Below are positions 14,601 through 22,940 of a stretch of 45,379 nt of DNA, piece by piece; positions within the stretch are counted from its first letter, which is position 1, and every line of letters starts with the position of its first letter. Under the pieces are notes generated by a model that saw only the letters and a list, made by a program, of their open reading frames with translations, did not search any database and had not been told where the DNA came from. Position numbers and translations under genes: made by a program. This DNA comes from a virus: positions 1 to 45,379 of IMG/VR virus record IMGVR_UViG_3300045988_046206; one strand, 5' to 3'.

Positions 14601-14878
14601 ACGTTCTGCACCTCCTGCTCAGAAAGCGGTTCGAATCTTTTCTTCTGATTTACATCTGGATATTTGATTCTATCCACATCACTCGTAAACATACTTAACG
14701 GTCTGCACCATGTCACAAATGGGTCTGCAAAGCACTTGTAAATCACCATAATTTCATCTGATTCTGTATGAATAGCAATATCATTTACGATGTAGATTCT
14801 TCCTTTAAAGTGCTTGTATCTTCTTCCTACCATGTCTTCTCTTAGCTTTTCTAATGTTTCGACTGATACGTTACTCAT
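14597..14878 (-). CDS. DUF1653 family protein
   Basis: YKHFKGRIYIVNDIAIHTESDEIMVIYKCFADPFVTWCRPLSMF matches the DUF1653 signature. Confidence 0.75.
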   Translation of the reverse strand: MSNVSVETLEKLREDMVGRRYKHFKGRIYIVNDIAIHTESDEIMVIYKCFADPFVTWCRPLSMFTSDVDRIKYPDVNQKKRFEPLSEQEVQNV

Positions 14879-15129
14879 TCAACTCCACCGCCTCTCACGA
14901 TATCAACTGCTTCATTCAGACATTGAGCTGTGTACCAATCATCACCCGATTCTGGAACTTTATCTTCGATTAACGTTTCCAACTGTTGAACAACTTCATC
15001 TACATCAAAAACTGTTGGTTGTCTATTAATACAGTCAATAAACTCTTTTTGGTCGGAACTAATACTATTTCCAATTTCCCAGATTTTAATATATTCAATT
15101 AAATCGTCTGCATCAATTAATCTACTCAT
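14875..15129 (-). CDS. Hypothetical acidic protein (84 aa)
   Basis: ATGA overlap at both ends. No motif recognised. Confidence 0.6.
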   Translation of the reverse strand: MSRLIDADDLIEYIKIWEIGNSISSDQKEFIDCINRQPTVFDVDEVVQQLETLIEDKVPESGDDWYTAQCLNEAVDIVRGGGVE

Positions 15130-15275
15130 TTTTCACTCCTTCTCTCAATTGCTTTTGCAAGGTCAGAAATGCAATCACCAATATAGAAAATTGCTATCAT
15201 TGCAACATTGATGTCTGATATTTTTGCACCTAAAATCCAACAAACAAACATAATTGCCAACCATACAAGGCACAT
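15126..15275 (-). CDS. Small hydrophobic protein (49 aa), below the ORF-track cutoff
   Basis: Hand translation: MCLVWLAIMFVCWILGAKISDINVAMIAIFYIGDCISDLAKAIERRSEK. RBS is GGAGGAA. ATGA overlap with the next gene. Confidence 0.5.
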   Translation of the reverse strand: MCLVWLAIMFVCWILGAKISDINVAMIAIFYIGDCISDLAKAIERRSEK

Positions 15276-15278
15276 TTT

Positions 15279-15593
15279 TTATTCCTCCTCCCACACTCCC
15301 AATAACCGCATTCTCTCATACAGTACAGCGACGGTCTTGCGTCTGTACCCATAAAAATCTTTCGGATTCATCGGGATATATCTTTCTTTGCTGATTTTCC
15401 TGTAACTTTTCCGGTGAAGAATATTTTCAATAACCATATCCGCTATCACCGTATTTTTCGGGCAAGCTGACAAGGCAGCACTGGTAAGCAGGTATCCATA
15501 CTCTGCCGGAAAGTCTTTCAGCATCGTATTCAGTTTTTCTATGTCCTCTGTCGGAATACCGTAGTCTTTCAGCTTTTTATTCCTTGTCAGCAT
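15279..15593 (-). CDS. Putative transcriptional regulator (sigma-r4/ArpU-like C-terminal helix pattern), 104 aa
   Basis: Track ORF 15279..15626 trimmed to the ATG 5 nt after AAAGGAGA. The C-terminus DFYGYRRKTVAVLYERMRLLG resembles the ...tyyr.rkkal..la..lg ending of phage late activators. Resemblance only. Confidence 0.4.
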   Translation of the reverse strand: MLTRNKKLKDYGIPTEDIEKLNTMLKDFPAEYGYLLTSAALSACPKNTVIADMVIENILHRKSYRKISKERYIPMNPKDFYGYRRKTVAVLYERMRLLGVWEEE

Positions 15594-15606
15594 ACCGTTC
15601 TCCTTT

Positions 15607-16515
15607 CTATCCTGTATAATCCTCAAACTTTTTTACACTTTCAAACGTAGCTCTCATATTTACCCATCGTTGTAATCTTCTGACGGAATCGGTAGGTTTT
15701 GTGTTTTGCTTATCAAAAATCATCACGTAGGGCCAATACCCTAAATCCCGAAGTGTGTATACTCTTTCCAAATCCTGTTCAAATGTGGTATTAAAATTTG
15801 TCAGCACATATACAGACATTTTTCTGCGATCCCACCCAGTTATTTTCTTAAACATTTGAAATTTCGGGATAATTGTGTCTTTGTCTTCATATCTGTCCCA
15901 TGCAAAATGAATCTGTTTTATTTTCATTTGCTTAATGTAATTTGCCTTTTCTTCGGTCATAATCCGAATATCGCAGCCTTGTGAAAAATCTATATATGCT
16001 TTACTGTCTATTAACTGTTCAGATAGACTTTTCCATTCTGTACAAGCAAACATGTTCGGATCAAGCAAGACTATATTCTTTTGACCATTCCAAAATTCTG
16101 ATAAATCTGCTACTTTAAAGCTTTTCTTTCCTTCTTTATCTTTTACGATACAGAAATCGCACCCTCTTGGGCATCCTCTTGTAAGGAAGCCATAAGCAGT
16201 ATTTCTGCATAACTCTGGATAAAGACTATAATCAGGATAAATATGTTCAATTTCATCCGGTAATGATTCCCCACCAGACGGATACTCATATCCCGTGCCA
16301 CCTTTTATGATTTTTGTTGCACATACAGGATGCGGATAATCCGGTGTAAACGTAAATACCTTACTCATATACACCTTATCTGGTGGATTTATCCATGCTG
16401 TTAATGGGTCGTACCATTCTACGGAATCACCTTTTTCCTTATGCCATGCCGATATTTTCATCAATGGCAGATTTGGAAAATTATGTCCATCAACATCTAT
16501 AAGTTGTATTCTCAT
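15607..16515 (-). CDS. Radical SAM domain protein
   Basis: 302 aa. A canonical CxxxCxxC cluster lies in TRGCPRGCDFC. RBS is AAAGGAAG. Confidence 0.75.
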   Translation of the reverse strand: MRIQLIDVDGHNFPNLPLMKISAWHKEKGDSVEWYDPLTAWINPPDKVYMSKVFTFTPDYPHPVCATKIIKGGTGYEYPSGGESLPDEIEHIYPDYSLYPELCRNTAYGFLTRGCPRGCDFCIVKDKEGKKSFKVADLSEFWNGQKNIVLLDPNMFACTEWKSLSEQLIDSKAYIDFSQGCDIRIMTEEKANYIKQMKIKQIHFAWDRYEDKDTIIPKFQMFKKITGWDRRKMSVYVLTNFNTTFEQDLERVYTLRDLGYWPYVMIFDKQNTKPTDSVRRLQRWVNMRATFESVKKFEDYTG

Positions 16516-16525
16516 AGCTTCCTTT

Positions 16526-16627
16526 CTAATCGCCTGGGTGGTGCTTGTCGTACATGATCGCTACACATACAAGACCAGTTACTCCGACTATGATTCCAAG
16601 GGTGAATCCTAATACGAATGTAATCAT
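16526..16627 (-). CDS. Small hydrophobic protein (33 aa)
   Basis: Hand translation: MITFVLGFTLGIIVGVTGLVCVAIMYDKHHPGD. ATGA overlap with the DUF551 gene. It replaces the implausible track ORFs 16512..16742 and 16545..16775. Confidence 0.4.
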   Translation of the reverse strand: MITFVLGFTLGIIVGVTGLVCVAIMYDKHHPGD

Positions 16628-16971
16628 GGCTCATCCTCCTTATATAGCTCTGGTAGTGGCATCCAGGCAACAACATCCGCCCAATCAATTTTATTTTTAC
16701 AATCTGTGCATTCTGCAAAAACCCACTCTTGTTCGGACGCAAAATATGCCATCCAGCAAAATCGGCCGTCCGTAACTAAATAGCATTCTAAATAATTCTT
16801 TTTAATCTCAGGCAATCTCTCGCTGACAGAAATCCAGTTTTTAGCTTTTAAACGCTCAATAACTTTCTTCTGTTCTTCTTCTGTCTCGCAATGTATTATA
16901 ACGTCGTAGCTATCATCGTATGCGCTAAATGAACCGTCTTCATTCTGCACAAGTGTCATTCCATCACTCAT
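16624..16971 (-). CDS. DUF551 family protein
   Basis: Track ORF trimmed to the ATG after GGAGGTGGGAG. The C-terminal half WISVSERLPE...WMPLPE matches the DUF551 signature. Confidence 0.7.
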   Translation of the reverse strand: MSDGMTLVQNEDGSFSAYDDSYDVIIHCETEEEQKKVIERLKAKNWISVSERLPEIKKNYLECYLVTDGRFCWMAYFASEQEWVFAECTDCKNKIDWADVVAWMPLPELYKEDEP

Positions 16972-17105
16972 ACTCCCACCTCCGAATCCGCTGGTACAGC
17001 GCAATCTGGATTACCGCACTTAACCATGTACATGATGCCGCCGCTAGCCCAACGTTCGGTTATCGCCTTTCCTCCGCAAAGTGGACAAGGTTTTAATTTA
17101 TCCAT
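16968..17105 (-). CDS. Lar-family-like restriction-alleviation zinc ribbon (45 aa), below the ORF-track cutoff
   Basis: Hand translation: MDKLKPCPLCGGKAITERWASGGIMYMVKCGNPDCAVPADSEVGV. The opening M..LKPCP.CGG is the Lar-family signature. RBS is AAGGAGGA. Overlaps both neighbours. Confidence 0.5.
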   Translation of the reverse strand: MDKLKPCPLCGGKAITERWASGGIMYMVKCGNPDCAVPADSEVGV

Positions 17106-17341
17106 TTTTTCCTCCTTATTTTCTCACATAATTCAAAATATTCTTCCAATGTTTCTGGCAGTTTGATACAATCTGGCTCATAAGGTTTTGGATATTCAGT
17201 ATGTCCACACCTTGTACATTTGATTTGTGGCGGAAACTCTCTACTCCATTCCATATTTCCACCACATTTTCTGCAACGGATGTATCTCTCTACTTTCTTT
17301 GGCTTCGTTTTGAAAAATGAAGTGTAATTATTATTTTTCAT
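17093..17341 (-). CDS. Zinc-ribbon protein (82 aa)
   Basis: Track ORF 17093..17377 trimmed to the ATG 5 nt after GAGGA. Cys pairs are CRKCGG and CTRCGH. Confidence 0.6.
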   Translation of the reverse strand: MKNNNYTSFFKTKPKKVERYIRCRKCGGNMEWSREFPPQIKCTRCGHTEYPKPYEPDCIKLPETLEEYFELCEKIRRKKWIN

Positions 17342-17381
17342 TTTTATCCTCACTTTCCCCATGTAAGTAGCTGACACGCTA

Positions 17382-18872
17382 TTAATTTAGATTTACGTTC
17401 ATTTTCCTTGCCATGGCTTCTATAACTGTCACTGTTACTCCGTTCCCTGCCTGCTTGTATAACTGGCTGTCAGAATTTACGAACTGTGCTTTTTCAAAAT
17501 AATCATCGGACCACCCTTGCAGTCTAAAGCATTCTTTTGGGGTCAGCTTCCGGATTGCTATGTAACACTGATATTTTTCATACCAGACTGCATATACCGT
17601 TAATTCTTCCGATACCTGCACGAATATTCCTTGATTGCAGCTTGTATCTAGCGTATTGGCGACTTCTTGTCCGGCTCTTCCTCTTCTTGTCTTGCTGTTT
17701 GGCATTGAGAAGTTCACGCTGTCAATTCCCACTCTGCATTCTGCGTAACCTTGTTTCGTTGCTTCTTTGACTTCAATCGCGATTCCGTGCCGGTCCTGTC
17801 CTGTCAGCGTGAACATTGGCTCGCCATCTTCTTTGAATCTTCTACCATTCTGACGTTTTTCAGCACGATCTGGCGTGAGAACTGGAATTGCAATCTTATT
17901 CCCCTCACCTTTGTTTGTCGTTAAAGTTGGATTTAATCCGTTGGAATCATACACGTTCCCATTCATTCCTTTCCCTGACGGATTCACATTACATACAACT
18001 CCAACACTTCTAGGTTCTTTGTAATCTCTACTTGTTAGTGTTGGACAAATATTTTCATATATGCGTGCTTTTCCATCTTGACCAATATAACTTGTATCAA
18101 ATAATATGGATACTTTGGGTTCTGTGTTTCCTCCTGGCTTCGTACTGATTGTTGGTTCTAATCCATCGCTGCTATAAACTCTATCTCGCTGTGAATTTCT
18201 GCCATTAAGGCAACTGAAAAGATTTAACGAAACACTATTTTTTCCGTCTGTTCCTTCGATAGGAAATATTTTTGAGGTACTTCTCCCTCTAAGATGTCCG
18301 ATAATAAAACATCTTTCCCGGTTTTGCGGCACTCCGAAATCTTTGGAGTTGAGCACCTGCCATTCTGCATCGTACCCTTGTTGTTCCATTTCAATGAGCA
18401 GTCTGGCGAAATCCCATCCTCCATTAACACTAAGCAGATTTTTAACGTTCTCAATGAAAAGGTAAGTGGGTTTATCTTCTTCTTTGAGTTGTCCGACAAG
18501 GTACATAACTCTGAAAAACAGGCTTGAACGGTTTCCTTGAAATCCGGCTTGCTTTCCTGCAACGGATATGTCCTGGCAAGGGAATCCGAAGCACCAGCAG
18601 TCTGCTTTGGGAATGTCTCCGGCATACACTCTTCGAATGTCATTTGCATACCATTCTCCATTTCTGTATTCCTCCTTTAATATTTCTTTCTGTCTTTTCT
18701 TGATAGGAATATCTTCCAATGCCTTTCGCTGCTCTTCTGTCAGCAAGTGCATTGAGATGTAACTCGCAGTGGCAAATTTATCGAATTCGCAAAAACCAAC
18801 GCATTCATGCCCTGCTAATTCCATTCCCCTGCGAAATCCTCCGATTCCTGCGAAAAAATCTATAAATTTCAT
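17382..18872 (-). CDS. DNA (cytosine-5)-methyltransferase with an unusually long variable region (candidate multispecific enzyme)
   Basis: Motifs present: I FAGIGG, IV GFPCQDIS, VI ENVKNL, VIII QNRERCFIIG, IX RKLTPKECFRLQGW, X GNGVTV. The ~245-aa variable region carries four PT(L/I)(T/S)-type repeats. Confidence 0.9.
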   Translation of the reverse strand: MKFIDFFAGIGGFRRGMELAGHECVGFCEFDKFATASYISMHLLTEEQRKALEDIPIKKRQKEILKEEYRNGEWYANDIRRVYAGDIPKADCWCFGFPCQDISVAGKQAGFQGNRSSLFFRVMYLVGQLKEEDKPTYLFIENVKNLLSVNGGWDFARLLIEMEQQGYDAEWQVLNSKDFGVPQNRERCFIIGHLRGRSTSKIFPIEGTDGKNSVSLNLFSCLNGRNSQRDRVYSSDGLEPTISTKPGGNTEPKVSILFDTSYIGQDGKARIYENICPTLTSRDYKEPRSVGVVCNVNPSGKGMNGNVYDSNGLNPTLTTNKGEGNKIAIPVLTPDRAEKRQNGRRFKEDGEPMFTLTGQDRHGIAIEVKEATKQGYAECRVGIDSVNFSMPNSKTRRGRAGQEVANTLDTSCNQGIFVQVSEELTVYAVWYEKYQCYIAIRKLTPKECFRLQGWSDDYFEKAQFVNSDSQLYKQAGNGVTVTVIEAMARKMNVNLN

Positions 18873-18873
18873 T

Positions 18874-19257
18874 TTAAACTCCCATCTTCTTAACCAGATT
18901 CTTATTCATCTCATCAAATCTTACATCTGTGTTCTCTTCAATGTCCTGCATCATGCTCAGAACGCTCATTTCGCCCCTATTCGCCATTTCAACATACCCA
19001 TTGGCAGTTCTTACCACATCAAGCAAACGTTTCGTAGAAAAGCCATATAAGCGTCTCAGAGCCATCATGGTAGTGACAGTGTTGATCGTATTGCTCCAAT
19101 CCTCACCAACGGTAAAGCCATCCTCGTAGGCTTGCTGCTCTACGTCTTTTATCTGTCTATAACAGATCTGCATTGAACGTCCAAACGCCTGAGCCGCCTG
19201 ATTAGAAGTCTGAACAGGAAATCTGGTCTTTTTCTTGACTTTCAACTTGCTACTCAT
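18874..19257 (-). CDS. Hypothetical protein (127 aa)
   Basis: RBS is AAAGGTGA. No motif recognised. Confidence 0.65.
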   Translation of the reverse strand: MSSKLKVKKKTRFPVQTSNQAAQAFGRSMQICYRQIKDVEQQAYEDGFTVGEDWSNTINTVTTMMALRRLYGFSTKRLLDVVRTANGYVEMANRGEMSVLSMMQDIEENTDVRFDEMNKNLVKKMGV

Positions 19258-19535
19258 TTTTCTTTCACCTTTCTGAACTTATATCCTGTCACTCGGTACG
19301 CTCGTGGCGTTCCGGGGTTGTCTGTCTCAAGTAAGCCACTTTCCAGCAATTCACCGAAATGATTCTGTACGGTATGGTTAGATATACTCAGCCCTGCCGC
19401 AATTTCCGGAATACTTGGCGGATAATCATGTTCTTTCAGGTACCTTATGATATACAGATATATGTCTTTCCTTGTCCGGATACCTTCATAATACTTTCTT
19501 GCTGTGTTATATGGCATTTTTATCACCTCATTCAT
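19254..19535 (-). CDS. Winged-helix DNA-binding protein (LexA-N/MarR-like)
   Basis: Track ORF trimmed to the ATGA-coupled ATG at 19535. IIRYLKEHDYPPSIPEIAAGLSISNHTVQNHFGELLESGLLE is a typical wHTH. Confidence 0.6.
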   Translation of the reverse strand: MNEVIKMPYNTARKYYEGIRTRKDIYLYIIRYLKEHDYPPSIPEIAAGLSISNHTVQNHFGELLESGLLETDNPGTPRAYRVTGYKFRKVKEK

Positions 19536-19759
19536 ACTTTGCATTTTCCCTTTGACACATCCGCAGCCCATTTATAAAAAGCCAAAGACAGATACCTTGC
19601 CAAACTGTCTGGATAGATTTCATATAAATCCTCAAATCTTTTATGCAATGCATCAAAATATTCATCGTTATTTTCTACATTGTAAAATTCTTTTATTGTC
19701 TTCCAAAACTCTGGCATGAACTTGTGCATGATTGGAATATCTTTAGCTTCTAGTTTCAA
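19532..19759 (-). CDS. Hypothetical protein (75 aa; TTG start uncertain)
   Basis: Track ORF starting at a TTG right after GAGGAA. The first in-frame ATG (19729) lacks an RBS. Confidence 0.45.
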   Translation of the reverse strand: MKLEAKDIPIMHKFMPEFWKTIKEFYNVENNDEYFDALHKRFEDLYEIYPDSLARYLSLAFYKWAADVSKGKCKV

Positions 19760-19810
19760 TTCCTCACATCCTTTTTGTATACAATATTCTGCACACTGTA
19801 TACGCTCTTT

Positions 19811-20045
19811 TAATTTTTAAAAATTATTATATATTATATATATTAGGTATATAATATAAGTAACCGATAGTAACCGAAACGTAACCGTTCAAAAATCCGC
19901 AAACCATTGATTTTACTACATGGTAACCGAGTAACCGAGTAACCCTGACTTTCTCATATAGGGAAAATTTTATACTCAATATGTGCATATAAATACTCAT
20001 ATATATATATGCAGAATCAAAGGTTACCTAGGTTACCCGGTTACC
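19811..20045. repeat. Putative replication origin: AT-rich block plus 6 direct and 3 inverted GTAACC(G) iterons
   Basis: Direct copies at 19860, 19870, 19881, 19923, 19931 and 19939. Inverted GGTTACC at 20022, 20031 and 20039. AT-rich runs at 19811-19859 and 19950-20015. Lies directly downstream of the helicase gene. Confidence 0.7.
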
Positions 20046-20063
20046 TTTTGAACGAATTGTTTA

Positions 20064-21965
20064 TCAATCAAACACAATATCGTCCGTAATTTCAAAATCA
20101 TCATTGCAATTCACGAATCCTTTTGGAATTTCATCTACAATTTTCAAGAACACACATTTGGTGACAATTCCGTCCAGTTTCTTTGCTTTGGTCGGATAAC
20201 CTCTGCTGTCGGTTTCCACAAGTCCATTCTTGACAGCCCATGACAAGAATGCCTTTCTGGAGAATTTTCCAATTTTGCACAGATCGTCAAACGCTGCGCT
20301 ATAGATTATTGCGGTTGACGTTTTCTCTGCCGGATCATTGTCAATAGCTCCCCATCTTTCTGTCTTAACATCCGGGTTATCATCGAACTTGATTCCATTC
20401 ATGGCAATCTTGTCAACCACGAACCAGTAAGCGCGTTCATTTTCAGACACCATTTCTTTCTCTGTCAGAAGACCCTTTGCTGTCTCGATGTCAATGTACT
20501 GGCCATCATGGAATAACTGATCTGTTGCAATTTTATCTGCTGCCAGAATGATACTCATTGAAATACTCTGCTTCTGCATCTTGTCATCGTCCTGTATAAG
20601 CCCCTGATAGTGCTTTTGTAGGGCTTTTATATCATCAATGGGCATTTCCTTGACTGCGTTCACAAAGTCGATTCCTGCATATCCGTAGTTCTTTTTAAGG
20701 GTATCTGCGGTGAGCTGCGGATCATCAAAAATCTTTTCGGAACACTCAACCTCAATAATTCGGTTAATGGCTCCGCCTTGGCTGACATATCCAGCAAGCG
20801 GTCGTTCACCATTGGTCAGAATGCAGTTCTGCCAGCGGTTCTCCCGGTTGACACCCAGCTCCTTGTTAGAACGACTCTTTCCTTTGCCGGAACACAGGTC
20901 GTACACTATGCCCTCGAAGTTATCCCTGATCTTAGCAGATACCTTGGAAGTATCATCCAGAATTAGTGGAAGATTGTTAAGCATATCAGACTTTGCTTCC
21001 AGAGCCACATCCGTTGTCTTGAAATCTCCTATATATCGTGATTCGCCCGGATTTGCCCAGACGGAAGCTCCCAACATAAGCGTCACAGTCTTGCCACCCT
21101 CAGTTTCTCCCCAGAGGTCTACAAAGAACGGAAGTGCGCCGACAAGCTTAATCAGAATACTGGCGAAGCTTGCAGCCAACATGATTTTTGGTTCTATTCT
21201 TCCAGTGGCACGAACCTTCTTCACGTGCTCGTACCACTCTGTTCTGCTGCCACCTACGCTGATACTTTCATACAGTTGCCGAAATCTCATATCTCCATCG
21301 AATACAATATCCTTGTCATATGGAAGAAAATAATCCCTGATCCACCCGATTTTACTGGAGGAATACTGAATGTTGATATAATCGTCATTTGCATTCTCGA
21401 CATCTGACAGATACCGTACAAGAAACTTCGCATTCTCAGAAGTCACTGAAATCCCAAGTGCAGACAAGCCAACGATTTTAGTAGATGATGCAACCATGGT
21501 TTTTGGTACAATAACCTCGGACCATTTATTATTCCTCTTATAGATTAGCTTTATCTGTTCCTCTCCGGTCTCCAGATTCTTCATTCGCTCTATTGGAAGA
21601 ATAGGGTGATAGCAGGCTATAATATCCGGCGATCCTGGATTAGTGTTTGATATTCTGATTCCATCATCGTCCGCTATCCAGTTAAGGCATTTCATTCTGT
21701 CATATTCACAATCAGAGAAATTAGTCCACTGGTCCAGCATAGACAACGTCTTGTTACTTTTTTCTTTCTCAATCATCTGCTTCTGCACCTTAGTGTAGGC
21801 TTTAAGCAAATCCTCAAATTTTTTCTTTACGCCAAGCTCCTTGGCTCTGTCCAGAAGAGTCAGCGTAAGACGCGCCTTGTCTATCTCGTCTTCCTGACTG
21901 AATATTTCGTCAAACACTTCTTCGTCCAGAATAGAAACCTTCGTGAGCTTGTTTATCATTTCCAC
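20064..21965 (-). CDS. Replicative P-loop ATPase/helicase (DUF927/Cch-like)
   Basis: 633 aa. Walker A is GETEGGKT and Walker B is LPLILDD, in the central third. GTG start lies 5 nt after AAGGTGAT. The family call is by resemblance. Confidence 0.6.
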   Translation of the reverse strand: MEMINKLTKVSILDEEVFDEIFSQEDEIDKARLTLTLLDRAKELGVKKKFEDLLKAYTKVQKQMIEKEKSNKTLSMLDQWTNFSDCEYDRMKCLNWIADDDGIRISNTNPGSPDIIACYHPILPIERMKNLETGEEQIKLIYKRNNKWSEVIVPKTMVASSTKIVGLSALGISVTSENAKFLVRYLSDVENANDDYINIQYSSSKIGWIRDYFLPYDKDIVFDGDMRFRQLYESISVGGSRTEWYEHVKKVRATGRIEPKIMLAASFASILIKLVGALPFFVDLWGETEGGKTVTLMLGASVWANPGESRYIGDFKTTDVALEAKSDMLNNLPLILDDTSKVSAKIRDNFEGIVYDLCSGKGKSRSNKELGVNRENRWQNCILTNGERPLAGYVSQGGAINRIIEVECSEKIFDDPQLTADTLKKNYGYAGIDFVNAVKEMPIDDIKALQKHYQGLIQDDDKMQKQSISMSIILAADKIATDQLFHDGQYIDIETAKGLLTEKEMVSENERAYWFVVDKIAMNGIKFDDNPDVKTERWGAIDNDPAEKTSTAIIYSAAFDDLCKIGKFSRKAFLSWAVKNGLVETDSRGYPTKAKKLDGIVTKCVFLKIVDEIPKGFVNCNDDFEITDDIVFD

Positions 21966-21967
21966 TT

Positions 21968-22459
21968 TTAATCACCTTCTTCCAGTCCTGTTATGAATCC
22001 ATGATGATATAGTGCAAGTTGCAACCTGTTCCATGCTTCACACCATCCGTCAGACAATGGCTTTACCCTGCCAAGGATAGCCCGGTAGAAATCTATATCA
22101 GACAAGCATTCTTGCAGCTCGGTCTTTTTCTTCTGTTCTTCCTTCTGCCGCATTTCCATCTGCTTCTGATGCCGGTATATTGCCATTCTGGATGAGAAAT
22201 TTGGCTTCTGGTAAGTTCCCCCAAGTATGGTAAAAGCTGTCTTAAAATCGCAATTATCCATGTTCTGAACGAATGTGAATATGTCACCTGTTGCACCACA
22301 GCCAAAGCAATAATAGCTGTCTTTGTAGATTTTCATGGATGCAGTACGATCTCCGGTGTGAAATGGACACTGAACAAATCCTGCTCTGTTCGGAACCATT
22401 CCATATCTGCTCAGAACGTCCCTCATGTTATTCTGTTGTTTAATTGTTTCTTTATCCAT
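21968..22459 (-). CDS. CHC2 zinc-finger protein (DnaG-type zinc-binding domain only)
   Basis: CPFHTGDRTASMKIYKDSYYCFGCGATGDIFTF matches the primase CHC2 finger. No TOPRIM-like segment follows. Confidence 0.75.
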   Translation of the reverse strand: MDKETIKQQNNMRDVLSRYGMVPNRAGFVQCPFHTGDRTASMKIYKDSYYCFGCGATGDIFTFVQNMDNCDFKTAFTILGGTYQKPNFSSRMAIYRHQKQMEMRQKEEQKKKTELQECLSDIDFYRAILGRVKPLSDGWCEAWNRLQLALYHHGFITGLEEGD

Positions 22460-22940
22460 TTAACAGAATCTCCAAAATTCTTTTGCCAGTGTCTTTCTTG
22501 TCACAAAACAGAAATTCAACACCATATTTGCGTTGCATCGTGCAAAGAATCTTATATAAGACATCTCCATGCATAACTTTCTGCTCCTGCTCCACCCAGA
22601 TGCCATTCTTTTTAACTCTTTTCTTTGCCCGGGGATTCTCCCACCAGAGAACATCATCCAGCTTTTTAATCCCTTTTCCGTGTTCACACAGGAACACAAG
22701 CTTTATTCCTGCTTCGTTTGCCCGGATGATCTCAGCACGGAATCTTTCATGCTGTTGGCATACATTGCCACACAATTCAGAGAGATTTTGTTTTCGATCG
22801 ACAACCAGTCGAGGGTTGTCATAATTCATGTAATCCCCGACGTAAAGCTTCGACACGAACCATTTTTCTCCTGCTGCATCAAATGTTTTCTTAATGCCAT
22901 CAATAACTTTCTGGTGTTCCCTACTGTCAATTTGTATCAT
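22452..22940 (-). CDS. ERCC4/Hef-type nuclease domain protein
   Basis: IDSRE...GDY...VVDRKQNLSEL fits the ERCC4 GDxn(E/D)RKx3D nuclease motif. 162 aa. Confidence 0.55.
   Translation of the reverse strand: MIQIDSREHQKVIDGIKKTFDAAGEKWFVSKLYVGDYMNYDNPRLVVDRKQNLSELCGNVCQQHERFRAEIIRANEAGIKLVFLCEHGKGIKKLDDVLWWENPRAKKRVKKNGIWVEQEQKVMHGDVLYKILCTMQRKYGVEFLFCDKKDTGKRILEILLNG

Noticed and set aside
16512-16775. Track ORFs 16512..16742 (-) and 16545..16775 (+)
   Set aside because: Both overlap the DUF551 gene, lack an RBS and have implausible composition. A 33-aa ATGA-coupled ORF explains the gap better.
20710-21333. 207-aa plus-strand ORF antisense to the helicase gene
   Set aside because: Shadow ORF. 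It is Ser/Leu/Pro/Arg-rich and lacks an RBS, while the minus frame carries the Walker motifs.
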